Below, piece after piece: positions 8,767 through 17,732 of a stretch of DNA of 51,686 bases. The first letter of the stretch is position 1. The number at the start of each line of letters is the position of its first letter. Position numbers and translations under genes: made by a program. The notes under the pieces are model-generated. The model had not been told where the DNA came from. It did no database searches and saw only the letters and a list, made by a program, of their open reading frames with translations. The stretch is from Patescibacteria group bacterium (GTDB taxonomy: Bacteria > Patescibacteriota > Patescibacteriia > SG8-24), in NCBI GenBank assembly GCA_034716415.1, contig JAYEJB010000005.1:1-51686 (forward strand). The letters are read 5' to 3'.

Positions 8767-9468
8767 ATGACTTCACCAATCACACCGCACCAAACTCGTT
8801 ATGAGATCAAGACGGTGGTTCCGATTCATCGGATCCCCGATTTTCAGCATCGGCTGGAGATGCATCCGGCGGCATTCCGGATCACCTACCCTGACCGTCG
8901 CATCAACAACATCTATTTCGACGACCATCAGCTATCCTCGTATCAGGACAACCTGATCGGCACCGCGAATCGCGAAAAGCTGCGTCTACGCTGGTACGGT
9001 GAGACCGGTGAGCCGAAGCAGGCAGTGATGGAACTGAAAGCGAAGAAGAACAAGCTCGGCTGGAAAAAACGAGCGGCTATCGACCTGAATGACATTCCCC
9101 TGCAAGGCCTGCCCATCGACGAACTGACCTCCCGGTTGAAAGATCGGTTACCGCCAGACCTCAGATTGAAATTGGAACTGCGAGACTGCCCGGTCACCTA
9201 CAACCGTTACCGACGCTCTTACTTCGAAGACGCGACCGGACTGATTCGACTGACTTTGGACAAGGACCTGGCGTTCCAAGACCTACAAGTAAAAACACGC
9301 CTTACGTTCGATGACTGTCAGACCTGCGAAGGTTTCGGTATCCTAGAAATAAAATTCAGCAGCATGGATGACCTGGCCGGCATCGACGTCATTCGCGACC
9401 TGGATCTGCGCATGACCAAATTCTCCAAATACGTCTTCGGACTGCGGAAAGAGACAGTGCTCGGATGA
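8767..9468 (+). CDS. VTC (polyphosphate polymerase-like) domain protein
   Basis: RYEIK, INNIYFD, REKLRLRWYG, ELKAK, Y.R.YF, IRLTLD, ILEIKF, FSKY. Confidence 0.9.
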   Translation: MTSPITPHQTRYEIKTVVPIHRIPDFQHRLEMHPAAFRITYPDRRINNIYFDDHQLSSYQDNLIGTANREKLRLRWYGETGEPKQAVMELKAKKNKLGWKKRAAIDLNDIPLQGLPIDELTSRLKDRLPPDLRLKLELRDCPVTYNRYRRSYFEDATGLIRLTLDKDLAFQDLQVKTRLTFDDCQTCEGFGILEIKFSSMDDLAGIDVIRDLDLRMTKFSKYVFGLRKETVLG

Positions 9469-9504
9469 ACCAAAATTCCGACCGCCGTGTTATCATGAAT
9501 ATGT

Positions 9505-9825
9505 ATGAATACGAAGGTCCTACACCATTGGCTGAAAAGACGGCGCTCCAATAGACTCAGGACACGCGCCATCAAAATGATCGACACGGCCATCTACGGC
9601 GTCGCGTTATTGGGAATAATCGCCACGATTCCACAAGTCACGAAGGTTTGGCTCGGACAGGACGCGTCCGGCGTTTCCCTGCTCGCTTGGTCAGGTTATC
9701 TCATCACCGCGTTCTTCTGGCTGGCCTACGGCATCATCCATCGGGAAAAACCGATAATCTTCGCTTATCTGCTTTGGATACTGCTCGACGCCCTGATCGT
9801 CATCGGTGTAGTCGTGCACGGCTAG
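9505..9825 (+). CDS. SemiSWEET / PQ-loop family membrane protein
   Basis: TIPQV.K, ASGVSL..W, WL.YG, KPII. Confidence 0.8.
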   Translation: MNTKVLHHWLKRRRSNRLRTRAIKMIDTAIYGVALLGIIATIPQVTKVWLGQDASGVSLLAWSGYLITAFFWLAYGIIHREKPIIFAYLLWILLDALIVIGVVVHG

Positions 9826-9890
9826 TGAAGATCGCCTTAGGCCGACTCGTCGGTCGTACAATAATGAATAGATACTAAATCCAAAAAAAT

Positions 9891-10301
9891 ATGAAAACAT
9901 TCCTCACTGTCTTAAAGATATTCCTGATGAGCATGGGGGTCGTCTTCCTGATCGTCCTGGGTATTATCGCCTACGTCATCATCGCCGACCCCTTCAATCT
10001 GCGAGGCATCACGCAACCAGCTGATCTCGCGTCGGGAGTGATAAATGAAATCGTTCCTGACGGCGGAACAGCCGCGGCACCGACGATATCGGATCCGAAC
10101 GACAAGAATCCACTACTGACTCCGGACCAGGAAGCGTTCGCCGAATCTATCGGCATCGACCCGGCGACATTGCCTACCGAAGTGACTCCAGAAATGGAAA
10201 GCTGCCTGATCGACGCGGTCGGCGCCGAACGCGCCGCGGAAATAAAGGCTGGTGCCGCCCCGTCTGCCTTCGAGATCTTCAAGGCGCGGGGCTGTCTTTA
10301 G
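9891..10301 (+). CDS. Hypothetical membrane-anchored protein
   Basis: N-terminal TM, Pro/acidic linker, C-terminal Cys pair; followed by terminator. Confidence 0.75.
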   Translation: MKTFLTVLKIFLMSMGVVFLIVLGIIAYVIIADPFNLRGITQPADLASGVINEIVPDGGTAAAPTISDPNDKNPLLTPDQEAFAESIGIDPATLPTEVTPEMESCLIDAVGAERAAEIKAGAAPSAFEIFKARGCL

Positions 10302-10319
10302 ACCGACTCCAGTCAATAC

Positions 10320-10346
10320 AAAAGACCCGGCTAATGCCGGGTCTTT
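10320..10346. terminator. Bidirectional intrinsic terminator
   Basis: AAAAGACCCGGC-TAAT-GCCGGGTCTTT. Confidence 0.8.
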
Positions 10347-10532
10347 CCTTATCTGGGGACTGAAGTTCTTCGAGACTGTTTAACTGCGTTACTGTTTCCT
10401 TCCGAATCTTCCGGACTCGTGCGTTCCGTAGTCATATTAAGCCCCAGATATAATCGATCGATTGCACAAGAATATAATATAGCATGGATGCGTCGGGATG
10501 TCAACCCCAGCATTGTATAATTGGCGATACCG

Positions 10533-10994
10533 TCATTCTATCTTCATTATGCGCAGCGACCTGGTGGTCGGTCCGGTCGTGATCTCCCTGATTTCACCGA
10601 CCTTCGCGCCCATCAATGATTTCGCGATCGGAGACGTATACGATATCGCGTCCTCCGCACCGGTCAGACACATGAATCCGCAGATCGCGTAAGTCCGCAG
10701 TTCACCGCTCTCGACGTCTTCCGTGGTCACGCGCGCACCGATGTCGACCTGATCGCCCACTTCCGGCGTGACCATCTCTGCGGCGTTCACCACGGCGACC
10801 AGGCTTTCGAGGCGCTGTCCGAGCATGGCGATCTGCCGCTGACCTTCCTCATGTTCGTAATTGTCGTGCCAGGTCTCGGAACTCTGCTCAGCGCTTTCTA
10901 CCACCGTCTTATACCGGTCCTTAATCTTCTCGCGCAGATCCTCGATCCGCTCGAGCAGGGCATCATAATCCGCTTGTAAGAAATAGCAGGTCAT
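10533..10994 (-). CDS. GreA/GreB family transcription elongation factor
   Basis: Coiled coil with WHDN..HE acidic tip; V.IG..V; ISYTSPIAKSLMGAKVGE. Confidence 0.88.
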   Translation of the reverse strand: MTCYFLQADYDALLERIEDLREKIKDRYKTVVESAEQSSETWHDNYEHEEGQRQIAMLGQRLESLVAVVNAAEMVTPEVGDQVDIGARVTTEDVESGELRTYAICGFMCLTGAEDAISYTSPIAKSLMGAKVGEIREITTGPTTRSLRIMKIE

Positions 10995-10996
10995 GA

Positions 10997-12277
10997 TTAT
11001 CGCCTTCTGCGCGGCGGCCGTTTTTTACGACCGGCAGGTCCGCGGCCTCTCGACGGTCCGCGACCTCTCGCCGGACCTCGCCCGCGTTGCGGTTTGCGCT
11101 TGGTCGTCAACGTCGACGGGCGCTCGATGGGCGCACTCGGTTCAATCGGGAGTCTCACAGGTTTGAGTTGCACCTGCGTCAGATACTCGATCTCCGTCAC
11201 TATCAGTCCCTGATCAGGTTCCGCGAACGATATCGCCTTGCCCCAGCGTTCGGCGCGTCCGGTGCGTCCGATACGATGCACGTAATCCTCAGCCTGTTCC
11301 GGCAGGTCGAAATTGATGACAAGTGAGATTCCGGTCACGTCGATGCCACGTGCGGCCACGTCTGTCGCCACGAGCACTCGGTATGTGCCGTCCTTAAAAC
11401 CGTCGAGCGCCCTCCGCCTCTGCGCCAGGGTCAGATTGCCGTGTATTTCCGTAGCGTTCTCGCCCGCGCGTTTCAAGTCCCGCGCGATGCGCTTCGCACC
11501 GTACTTGGTGCGCGAGAACACGAGCACGGTCCCCCGCTCCTTCTTCAGCAGATGCTTCAGCAGACGGATCTTGTCCGGCTTCGGCACGACATACAATGAC
11601 TGCTCGACAAGCTCGGACGCGGTACCGGAACGCGCCACCTCGATCCGCTTCGGCTCACGCATATACTTCTTCGCCAACCGCTCGATCGGTTCAGGCATAG
11701 TCGCGGAGAACAGCATGGTCTGCCGCTCGTCCGGCACGCGCTGCATGACCTTACGGATCTGCGGCGCGAATCCCATATCGAACATGCGGTCCGCCTCGTC
11801 GAGAACGACCACATTTGTAGTATCGAGCTTGACCCAGCCACGTTCCAGAATATCGATAAGACGCCCGGGGGTGGCGATTATGACGTGCGGCTTTCTGGCG
11901 ACCTGCGCCCTTTGCACGTTCATCGATGCTCCACCGATCACGACAGCGGTCCGCAAACCGAACTTTTTGGCGATCTTCTTGTACTCCTCATCTACTTGCA
12001 AAGCGAGCTCCCTCGTCGGCAATACCACCAGACCCTGACCGCCCTCGCGCGCGATGCGCTGAATCATCGGGATGGCGAAAGCAATGGTCTTGCCGGTCCC
12101 GGTCTGCGCGATTCCGATGATGTCGCGGCCCTTGAGCCCGACCGGAATCGCATCGCGCTGGATAGGCGTCGGTACCTTGAATCCCGCCGCCTTCAGCACA
12201 GCCAAAAGCGTCTCGGCGATACCGAGACCGTCGAAGCCTGAAGCTTCCTTATTCTTGTCGTTATCTTGTGAACTCAT
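10997..12277 (-). CDS. DEAD-box ATP-dependent RNA helicase (RhlE-like)
   Basis: Q motif PTPIQ, AQTGTGKT, PTRELA, TPGRL, DEAD, SAT, ARGID, HRIGRTGR; basic C-terminal tail. Confidence 0.96.
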   Translation of the reverse strand: MSSQDNDKNKEASGFDGLGIAETLLAVLKAAGFKVPTPIQRDAIPVGLKGRDIIGIAQTGTGKTIAFAIPMIQRIAREGGQGLVVLPTRELALQVDEEYKKIAKKFGLRTAVVIGGASMNVQRAQVARKPHVIIATPGRLIDILERGWVKLDTTNVVVLDEADRMFDMGFAPQIRKVMQRVPDERQTMLFSATMPEPIERLAKKYMREPKRIEVARSGTASELVEQSLYVVPKPDKIRLLKHLLKKERGTVLVFSRTKYGAKRIARDLKRAGENATEIHGNLTLAQRRRALDGFKDGTYRVLVATDVAARGIDVTGISLVINFDLPEQAEDYVHRIGRTGRAERWGKAISFAEPDQGLIVTEIEYLTQVQLKPVRLPIEPSAPIERPSTLTTKRKPQRGRGPARGRGPSRGRGPAGRKKRPPRRRR

Positions 12278-12414
12278 AATGCAGTCCTATCGGGGACTTC
12301 CGACGGCCTTCACGAGGCCGATGATTAATGTGACCCGACAACTACAGAGTCACGATACATCTGAGTTCGAGTCCGACCCTTGCGGGCGTGGCCTTAACGG
12401 CCTTTCAATGCAGT

Positions 12415-12443
12415 AATATACCTGTTTTAGGCCAACTTGTCAA
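12415..12443 (-). promoter_or_regulatory. Sigma70 promoter of helicase-gre operon
   Basis: TTGACA-N17-TATATT on minus strand; implies ~130-nt 5' UTR. Confidence 0.7.
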
Positions 12444-12526
12444 TATTTAGCGGTAAATCCATTGACTTACCGGCAGGATGGTGCTAAAAAACGATATCGG
12501 ACCTTACAACAGAAGGGAGAACGAAA

Positions 12527-13255
12527 GTGTGTACACTGATCGTCTTTAAGGAAATGCGACCTACAAAGCCGCTTGTCGTCGCCGCGAATCGGGATGAGGT
12601 CGCGGATCGTCCGACACGCGACCCGCACTGGCGCACACCGGGAATATTCGCACCGCTGGACCTGGTCCACGATGGAAGCTGGATCGGCATCAACCGGCAA
12701 GGACTAGTCGTCGCGCTGACCAACCGCTGGCCCGTAAAGCGAGTGAAAGGACGACGTTCGCGCGGACTCATCGTGACTGAAGCCCTGGAGCGACCTTCGG
12801 TCAGGGGCGCGACGATGAGCCTCATATCCAGACCCGCCGATACGTATAACGGATTCCATCTGTTGCTCGCTGACGGGCAGGAAGCCGTGCTGATCTGGAA
12901 CGATGGCGAAGAATACCAGATGTCCGAACTCGGGTCCGGTTTCCACATCATCACCGGCAATGGATTCGAACCCGGGCACAGCAACCGCGACCTGATGATA
13001 CGCGGATTTCTCCTGGGTCATGGGGATGATCTTCCCGAACCCATCTTTGTCCGCAACGATCTGCTGTCATTCCATGGACCTGGACCGGAAGACGGCACTT
13101 GCGTCCATGGTGAGGGTGTAAGGATGGAATCCGTTTCTTCCATGGTCATCACCCACAAGGGGAAAGGATTGTGGGCGGAAGCACATTGGCGCACTGGTCG
13201 TCCATGCGAACGCGGCCCATGGCAAAAAGAAGCCATAGACTTCAGGAGGGAGTAA
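12527..13255 (+). CDS. NRDE / TANGO2 family protein (Ntn-hydrolase-like)
   Basis: MCT N-terminus, AANRDE...RPT, GSWIGIN..G....LTN, SRG.IV, YNGF.L. Confidence 0.92.
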   Translation: MCTLIVFKEMRPTKPLVVAANRDEVADRPTRDPHWRTPGIFAPLDLVHDGSWIGINRQGLVVALTNRWPVKRVKGRRSRGLIVTEALERPSVRGATMSLISRPADTYNGFHLLLADGQEAVLIWNDGEEYQMSELGSGFHIITGNGFEPGHSNRDLMIRGFLLGHGDDLPEPIFVRNDLLSFHGPGPEDGTCVHGEGVRMESVSSMVITHKGKGLWAEAHWRTGRPCERGPWQKEAIDFRRE

Positions 13256-13257
13256 CC

Positions 13258-13938
13258 ATGAAACGCATGCTTGTGACGGCCGGCAGTACGGCCACGCATA
13301 TCGACAAGGTCAGGATCGTGACCAACATCTTCGGCGGACGGACCGGCGAGAACATCGCCATTGCTGCACGGGAAGACGGTTGGGACGTGACGATACTGTC
13401 ATCAAATCGTGAATTCCGTGATTACGGAAAGTATTTCGAAAATTTCCGGCGCATACGGTTCAAGACGTTCGACGAACTGGCCGAGCTGATGGAGCGCGAG
13501 GTGCGCGAGGGCGGCTACGACGCCATCGTGCATTCGGCGGCGGTGAGCGACTACCGGCCGGAGGGGATCTACGTCCGTGACGTAACTGGATCCATCTATT
13601 CACTCAATATCTCTGGTTCCGACGCGGCCAAGATCCCGTCGTCGCATCGCGAGCTGTTCGTCCGGCTCGTGCCGACGTTCAAGATCATCGACCGCATCCG
13701 TGATCCATGGGATTTCCAGGGCAAGCTCGTGAAGTTCAAGCTCCAGGTCGACATGACCGATGAGCAGCTCGTCGAGATCGCCCAGAAAAGCATCGTCCAG
13801 TCGGACGCTGACATCATCGTCGCCAACTGCCTGGAATGGAGCACCGAATACGCCTACATCATCGGCCGGGACGATGACGACGTGAATTCGGTGGTACGAA
13901 AGGACCTGGCGACGGAGCTGATCGAGAGGTTGTCATGA
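13258..13938 (+). CDS. coaB: Monofunctional phosphopantothenate-cysteine ligase (CoaB-like)
   Basis: LVTAGST...ID.VR.VTN..G..G, HSAAVSDY, LVKFKL, IVAN; SD-led ATG at 13258. Confidence 0.85.
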   Translation: MKRMLVTAGSTATHIDKVRIVTNIFGGRTGENIAIAAREDGWDVTILSSNREFRDYGKYFENFRRIRFKTFDELAELMEREVREGGYDAIVHSAAVSDYRPEGIYVRDVTGSIYSLNISGSDAAKIPSSHRELFVRLVPTFKIIDRIRDPWDFQGKLVKFKLQVDMTDEQLVEIAQKSIVQSDADIIVANCLEWSTEYAYIIGRDDDDVNSVVRKDLATELIERLS

Positions 13939-14486
13939 GAAGACCGCAGATCCTGTTAGGCGTGACCGGAAGCGTGGCGGCGAAGCTCACACCGAAGATG
14001 GTGCCAGCCCTGCAACAACACGGGGAAGTCGACGTCGTCGCGACTCAGGCGGCGCTCTACTTCTGGGACCGAGACCGGACAGGCGCCGAGCTCTGGACCG
14101 ACGAACATGAATGGCCGAACAAGCGATACGTCAAGGACCAGGACATCCCGCACATCCAGCTAGGCGATCAGGCCGACATCCTGGTCGTGGCGCCGCTCAC
14201 GGCGAACACGCTGACCAAGATAGCGCTCGGCATCGCCAATAACCTGCTTACGAGCCTGTACTACGCCTGGCCGCAAGAAAAGCCTGTCATCGTGGCACCG
14301 GCGATGAACACGCGGATGTGGAACAACCCGCTGACGCAGCAGCATCTGCGGGCACTGATCGGACGACATGGCAATCACTGCTACGTGGATCCCGTCGCCG
14401 GACGCCTGGCCTGCAACACGACAGGTGTCGGCAGGATGGCCCAAATCGACGACATCACCGATGTCGTCCGCATGTTCCTTCCCTGA
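13935..14486 (+). CDS. coaC: Monofunctional phosphopantothenoylcysteine decarboxylase (CoaC, HFCD flavoprotein)
   Basis: LLGVTGSVAA, HIQL, APLTANTL.KIA.G.A.NLLT, PAMNT.MW, LAC...G.GRM; ATGA overlap with coaB. Confidence 0.9.
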   Translation: MRRPQILLGVTGSVAAKLTPKMVPALQQHGEVDVVATQAALYFWDRDRTGAELWTDEHEWPNKRYVKDQDIPHIQLGDQADILVVAPLTANTLTKIALGIANNLLTSLYYAWPQEKPVIVAPAMNTRMWNNPLTQQHLRALIGRHGNHCYVDPVAGRLACNTTGVGRMAQIDDITDVVRMFLP

Positions 14487-14534
14487 ACGAAAAACCCGCC
14501 CCGAGAGACGGGTCTTTTTTTCGGATAAAACGGA

Positions 14535-15740
14535 TCACTTGCATATGACCGGCAATCCGGTCACCTTATCCAGACCGTTTCCCTCCGCATCGGTGATCAA
14601 CTCCTGATTCTCGTCGTATCTGTAATTTCCGGTAAGCACCTGGCCGTGGCCGCAATCGATGAAATACGGCGGTCCGATGTATTCCATCATCATTTCCGGC
14701 TGCACGACCTCATCGTCCTCGTCCTCCTCTTCCGGTGGACCTATGCAAGTATGTTTTTCGGGTACGCGTATGTTGATCGACAGTTCTGGTTTGGATATAT
14801 CCGGCTCGCCGAACGGCTTGCTCTCGAACGTGTAGTAATGCTTGTGCAGCGCCGTGAAAGTGACCGATAACCACTTGTCATGATTGACACCTCCCTGAAT
14901 ACCTTCATCGCCGGCTTTCTTACAGGTGAAATTAGCCCTGGCTTTATATGATTGATGTATCGTCAGACCGCGCCGGTCGAGGATCTCCTTATATTGCGGC
15001 AAGATATACAGGGCGTAATCCGTCTCCAGGAAACCTTCGATCCCCCAGGTGGTGCCGGGCGCGAATTCGAGCACATCCTTTCTTCTGCCGACATATCTTC
15101 CGCGCACGTCACGAGACGGGTGATTGATCGTAACGGTCTTCTTGCTCGGGCGAATATTCTGCGTCGCCTCGAACAGAACGTCGAGCTGATGACTGGTCTC
15201 GACTGAATCCGGTTTAGCCACGAACAGGCCGCTGAAATTATACAGATGAATGTCGCTGAAATGCGTCACGTCGGCTGCAACGACGAGATCCCCCGCTTCC
15301 GGATCAACCGTCACCAGGGTATTGTCGATTATTTCCGTCACCGCATCCTCACCCTCGCCTGACACGTGCAGCACTAACGGGATATCGTATTCATCACCCG
15401 GAGAAAGATCGGTCGTCAGCGTTACCGTCACCGGCGCGGCGAGCTGCAGTCCGTCAGGACGCAGCGAATAACTCAACAGACCTTCGGTCGTCTCCTCGTC
15501 CGATTCGTCATACTCAATGATCTCGATGGACAGGTCATCGACGGTCGTACCTTCCGGCAAAGCACCCTCCGGAACGGCCATCTGCGCGCTACCGTCTTGA
15601 GAGACGATCGTCGGATATTCCGGCGCTGGCTCCGGACCTGGCGGAACGGACTTCTGCCCCGAATACATCGCATAGAACGCGATCGCTATGATTATCGCGC
15701 CACCGATCACGGCGACGCTTGTCTTCTTTTGTCTTGTCAT
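14535..15740 (-). CDS. Hypothetical membrane-anchored extracytoplasmic protein
   Basis: N-terminal TM, VPEGALP...PDGLQLAAPVTV and VTHFS (ZU5/GPS-like flavour), Cys pairs; 401 aa. Confidence 0.7.
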   Translation of the reverse strand: MTRQKKTSVAVIGGAIIIAIAFYAMYSGQKSVPPGPEPAPEYPTIVSQDGSAQMAVPEGALPEGTTVDDLSIEIIEYDESDEETTEGLLSYSLRPDGLQLAAPVTVTLTTDLSPGDEYDIPLVLHVSGEGEDAVTEIIDNTLVTVDPEAGDLVVAADVTHFSDIHLYNFSGLFVAKPDSVETSHQLDVLFEATQNIRPSKKTVTINHPSRDVRGRYVGRRKDVLEFAPGTTWGIEGFLETDYALYILPQYKEILDRRGLTIHQSYKARANFTCKKAGDEGIQGGVNHDKWLSVTFTALHKHYYTFESKPFGEPDISKPELSINIRVPEKHTCIGPPEEEDEDDEVVQPEMMMEYIGPPYFIDCGHGQVLTGNYRYDENQELITDAEGNGLDKVTGLPVICK

Positions 15741-15771
15741 GTCGGTACCTGATGAATATTAGTTACTTCAT

Positions 15772-16758
15772 CTAACCCTTCCCTTTCGCCAGCTTCCGCA
15801 TGTCTTCGATCTGGTCCGTCTCGTCCATAATCTCGATATCGAAGATCTCCTCAATGATGTCCTCGAGTGTCAGAATCCCGCTCAAGCCGCCGAATTCATC
15901 CATCACGAAACCCATATGGCTCTTCGAAGTGAGCATCCTGTTCAGTACATCATCGAGCGCGTCCTTCTCGTTGACCTTCATGAGACCGGACGATCGGGTC
16001 ACACTCCCAAGCTTGATGCCGGGACGCTTACCGATCAGGTCCTTCACGAACAGCAGACCCCTGATATTGTCGATCGTCTCGACATAGACCGGAATCCGAG
16101 TGAAACCCTTCACCTGAATCTCCTTCAGCCTCGCCTCATCGAGCACTTCGCCCTCCTCCAGCGCGTACAACACCGTGCGCGGCGTCATCACGTCTTCGGC
16201 GTTCTTGTCCGAGAACGACAGCGCACCCCTGATGATGCGATATTCGTCCTTGTCGACATCGCTCTCTTTGGACAGTTCATGTTCCTCGACGATCTTCATC
16301 AGTTCACCCTTCGAATACACGCTCGGCATCTCGTCGCCAAGCGCCTTGTCGAGCACCCAGGCGAGCGGATAGCAGACCGGAGACAGGACGATGATGAATA
16401 TCCTGACGAGCCAGGCGGTCTTCGCGCCGACCACCAAAGCGTAACGCGAGATACTGGCCTGCGGGATGATCTCACCGAACACGACGATGAGCGCGGTGGC
16501 GAGGATGCCGGCCATGACGCCACTGGCGATGCCGCCCAGAAAAATGGCAAGCGTCGAGTTCACGGCGACATTGCCTAAAAGCAAGGTGCAGAGCAACAAG
16601 TTGCCGTTCTTCCTGACTGAATAGACTTTCTTCGCGGCCTTGTCTCCCAAAGAAATCTTGCGCACGAGTTCCTGTTTGTCGAGCGACAGCAATCCCAGCG
16701 TGAGACCGGAGAACAGTCCCGAAAACAGGACCAAGACCGCGACGATTATATAGTTCAT
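15772..16758 (-). CDS. CNNM (DUF21) + CBS domain protein (metal/Mg2+ transport-associated)
   Basis: FSGLTLGLLSLD, LLCTLLLGNVAVN, FGEIIPQA, DVMTPR, FTRIPVY, GILTLEDIIEEI. Confidence 0.92.
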   Translation of the reverse strand: MNYIIVAVLVLFSGLFSGLTLGLLSLDKQELVRKISLGDKAAKKVYSVRKNGNLLLCTLLLGNVAVNSTLAIFLGGIASGVMAGILATALIVVFGEIIPQASISRYALVVGAKTAWLVRIFIIVLSPVCYPLAWVLDKALGDEMPSVYSKGELMKIVEEHELSKESDVDKDEYRIIRGALSFSDKNAEDVMTPRTVLYALEEGEVLDEARLKEIQVKGFTRIPVYVETIDNIRGLLFVKDLIGKRPGIKLGSVTRSSGLMKVNEKDALDDVLNRMLTSKSHMGFVMDEFGGLSGILTLEDIIEEIFDIEIMDETDQIEDMRKLAKGKG

Positions 16759-16826
16759 AATGATTGTCATGAATTCATCCCAATCGTAGCATGCGCAAAG
16801 CGAACGGGCGATGTTATAATCAACGC

Positions 16827-17330
16827 ATGAAACCTGACTTCGGAAAACTGGCCGGAACGATCCTCGTCGGCGGTTATCTGCTGAACGCCGCGCTGAAACC
16901 GACCGCCAACCACTTCATCGACGGCGCGAACCTGATGTTCCACGAAGCCGGACACTTGATCTTTTCATTCTGCCCGGAGATCGTCGCCATCATGGCCGGA
17001 AGCGGCTTTCAGACCGCCCTGCCGCTCGGTATCGTCGCCTATGTGGTCTTCAAGCACCAATATTTCACTGCGGCGGTCGTCATGATGTGGGTCGGACAGA
17101 CCATGACGAACACCAGCGTCTATGCCGGTGACGCTCTCACGATGCAGCTCGAGCTCATCGGCGGCGAGAACACGATCCACGACTGGAACCATATCCTGTG
17201 GCATTTCGGACTTCTGCGCCACACCGATACCATCGCAACAGTGATTCGGGTGGGCGGAACCGCACTCATCGTCGGTGGATTGATATTGAGTCTGTACCTG
17301 TCGTTCGACTGGAAAAAGAAGAAATCCTAG
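16827..17330 (+). CDS. Membrane protein with HExxH motif (M50B-like)
   Basis: FHEAGH in hydrophobic context, Y..DA, HDW..IL. Confidence 0.7.
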   Translation: MKPDFGKLAGTILVGGYLLNAALKPTANHFIDGANLMFHEAGHLIFSFCPEIVAIMAGSGFQTALPLGIVAYVVFKHQYFTAAVVMMWVGQTMTNTSVYAGDALTMQLELIGGENTIHDWNHILWHFGLLRHTDTIATVIRVGGTALIVGGLILSLYLSFDWKKKKS

Positions 17331-17373
17331 CGAATCCAAAAAACCGCCCGTTGTCGAGCGGTTTTATGATTCC

Positions 17374-17640
17374 TTATCTGTCTGCCCGATACCTCTTGAG
17401 CCACCAGCGCTTCAATATCGGCAACGTCTGCACGGATATGAAATAGCCGATCGTCGGGATGAACGCGCTCGTATAGAAATCCTTCACGCCGATCAGCCAA
17501 AAGACTATCGACGCGATGATATACGTCATCACCAGCAGAGCTCCGACCCGAAAACGGCTCATCTCCCAGGCCTTGTCCGTCTCAACGCGCCGGTTGCGTT
17601 CCTCGATGGCGGCCAAACGTTGTTCGATCTGCTCTTCCAT
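17374..17640 (-). CDS. Conserved-looking small hypothetical membrane protein
   Basis: ERNRRVETDKAWE.S..R followed by two TM segments. Confidence 0.75.
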   Translation of the reverse strand: MEEQIEQRLAAIEERNRRVETDKAWEMSRFRVGALLVMTYIIASIVFWLIGVKDFYTSAFIPTIGYFISVQTLPILKRWWLKRYRADR

Positions 17641-17732
17641 ACATGATTAAGATGCCATAACCGGTGACGGATTGACAACCCGGGGGCAAAGCTGTAAACA
17701 ACAATCAGTTCTCAACAAACAAAGGAGTGACG

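Noticed and set aside
10350-10450. Firm call as SRP 4.5S RNA
   Set aside because: GGAA loop similarity only; conserved CAGG/AGCA loop is altered and adjacent helix pairs poorly
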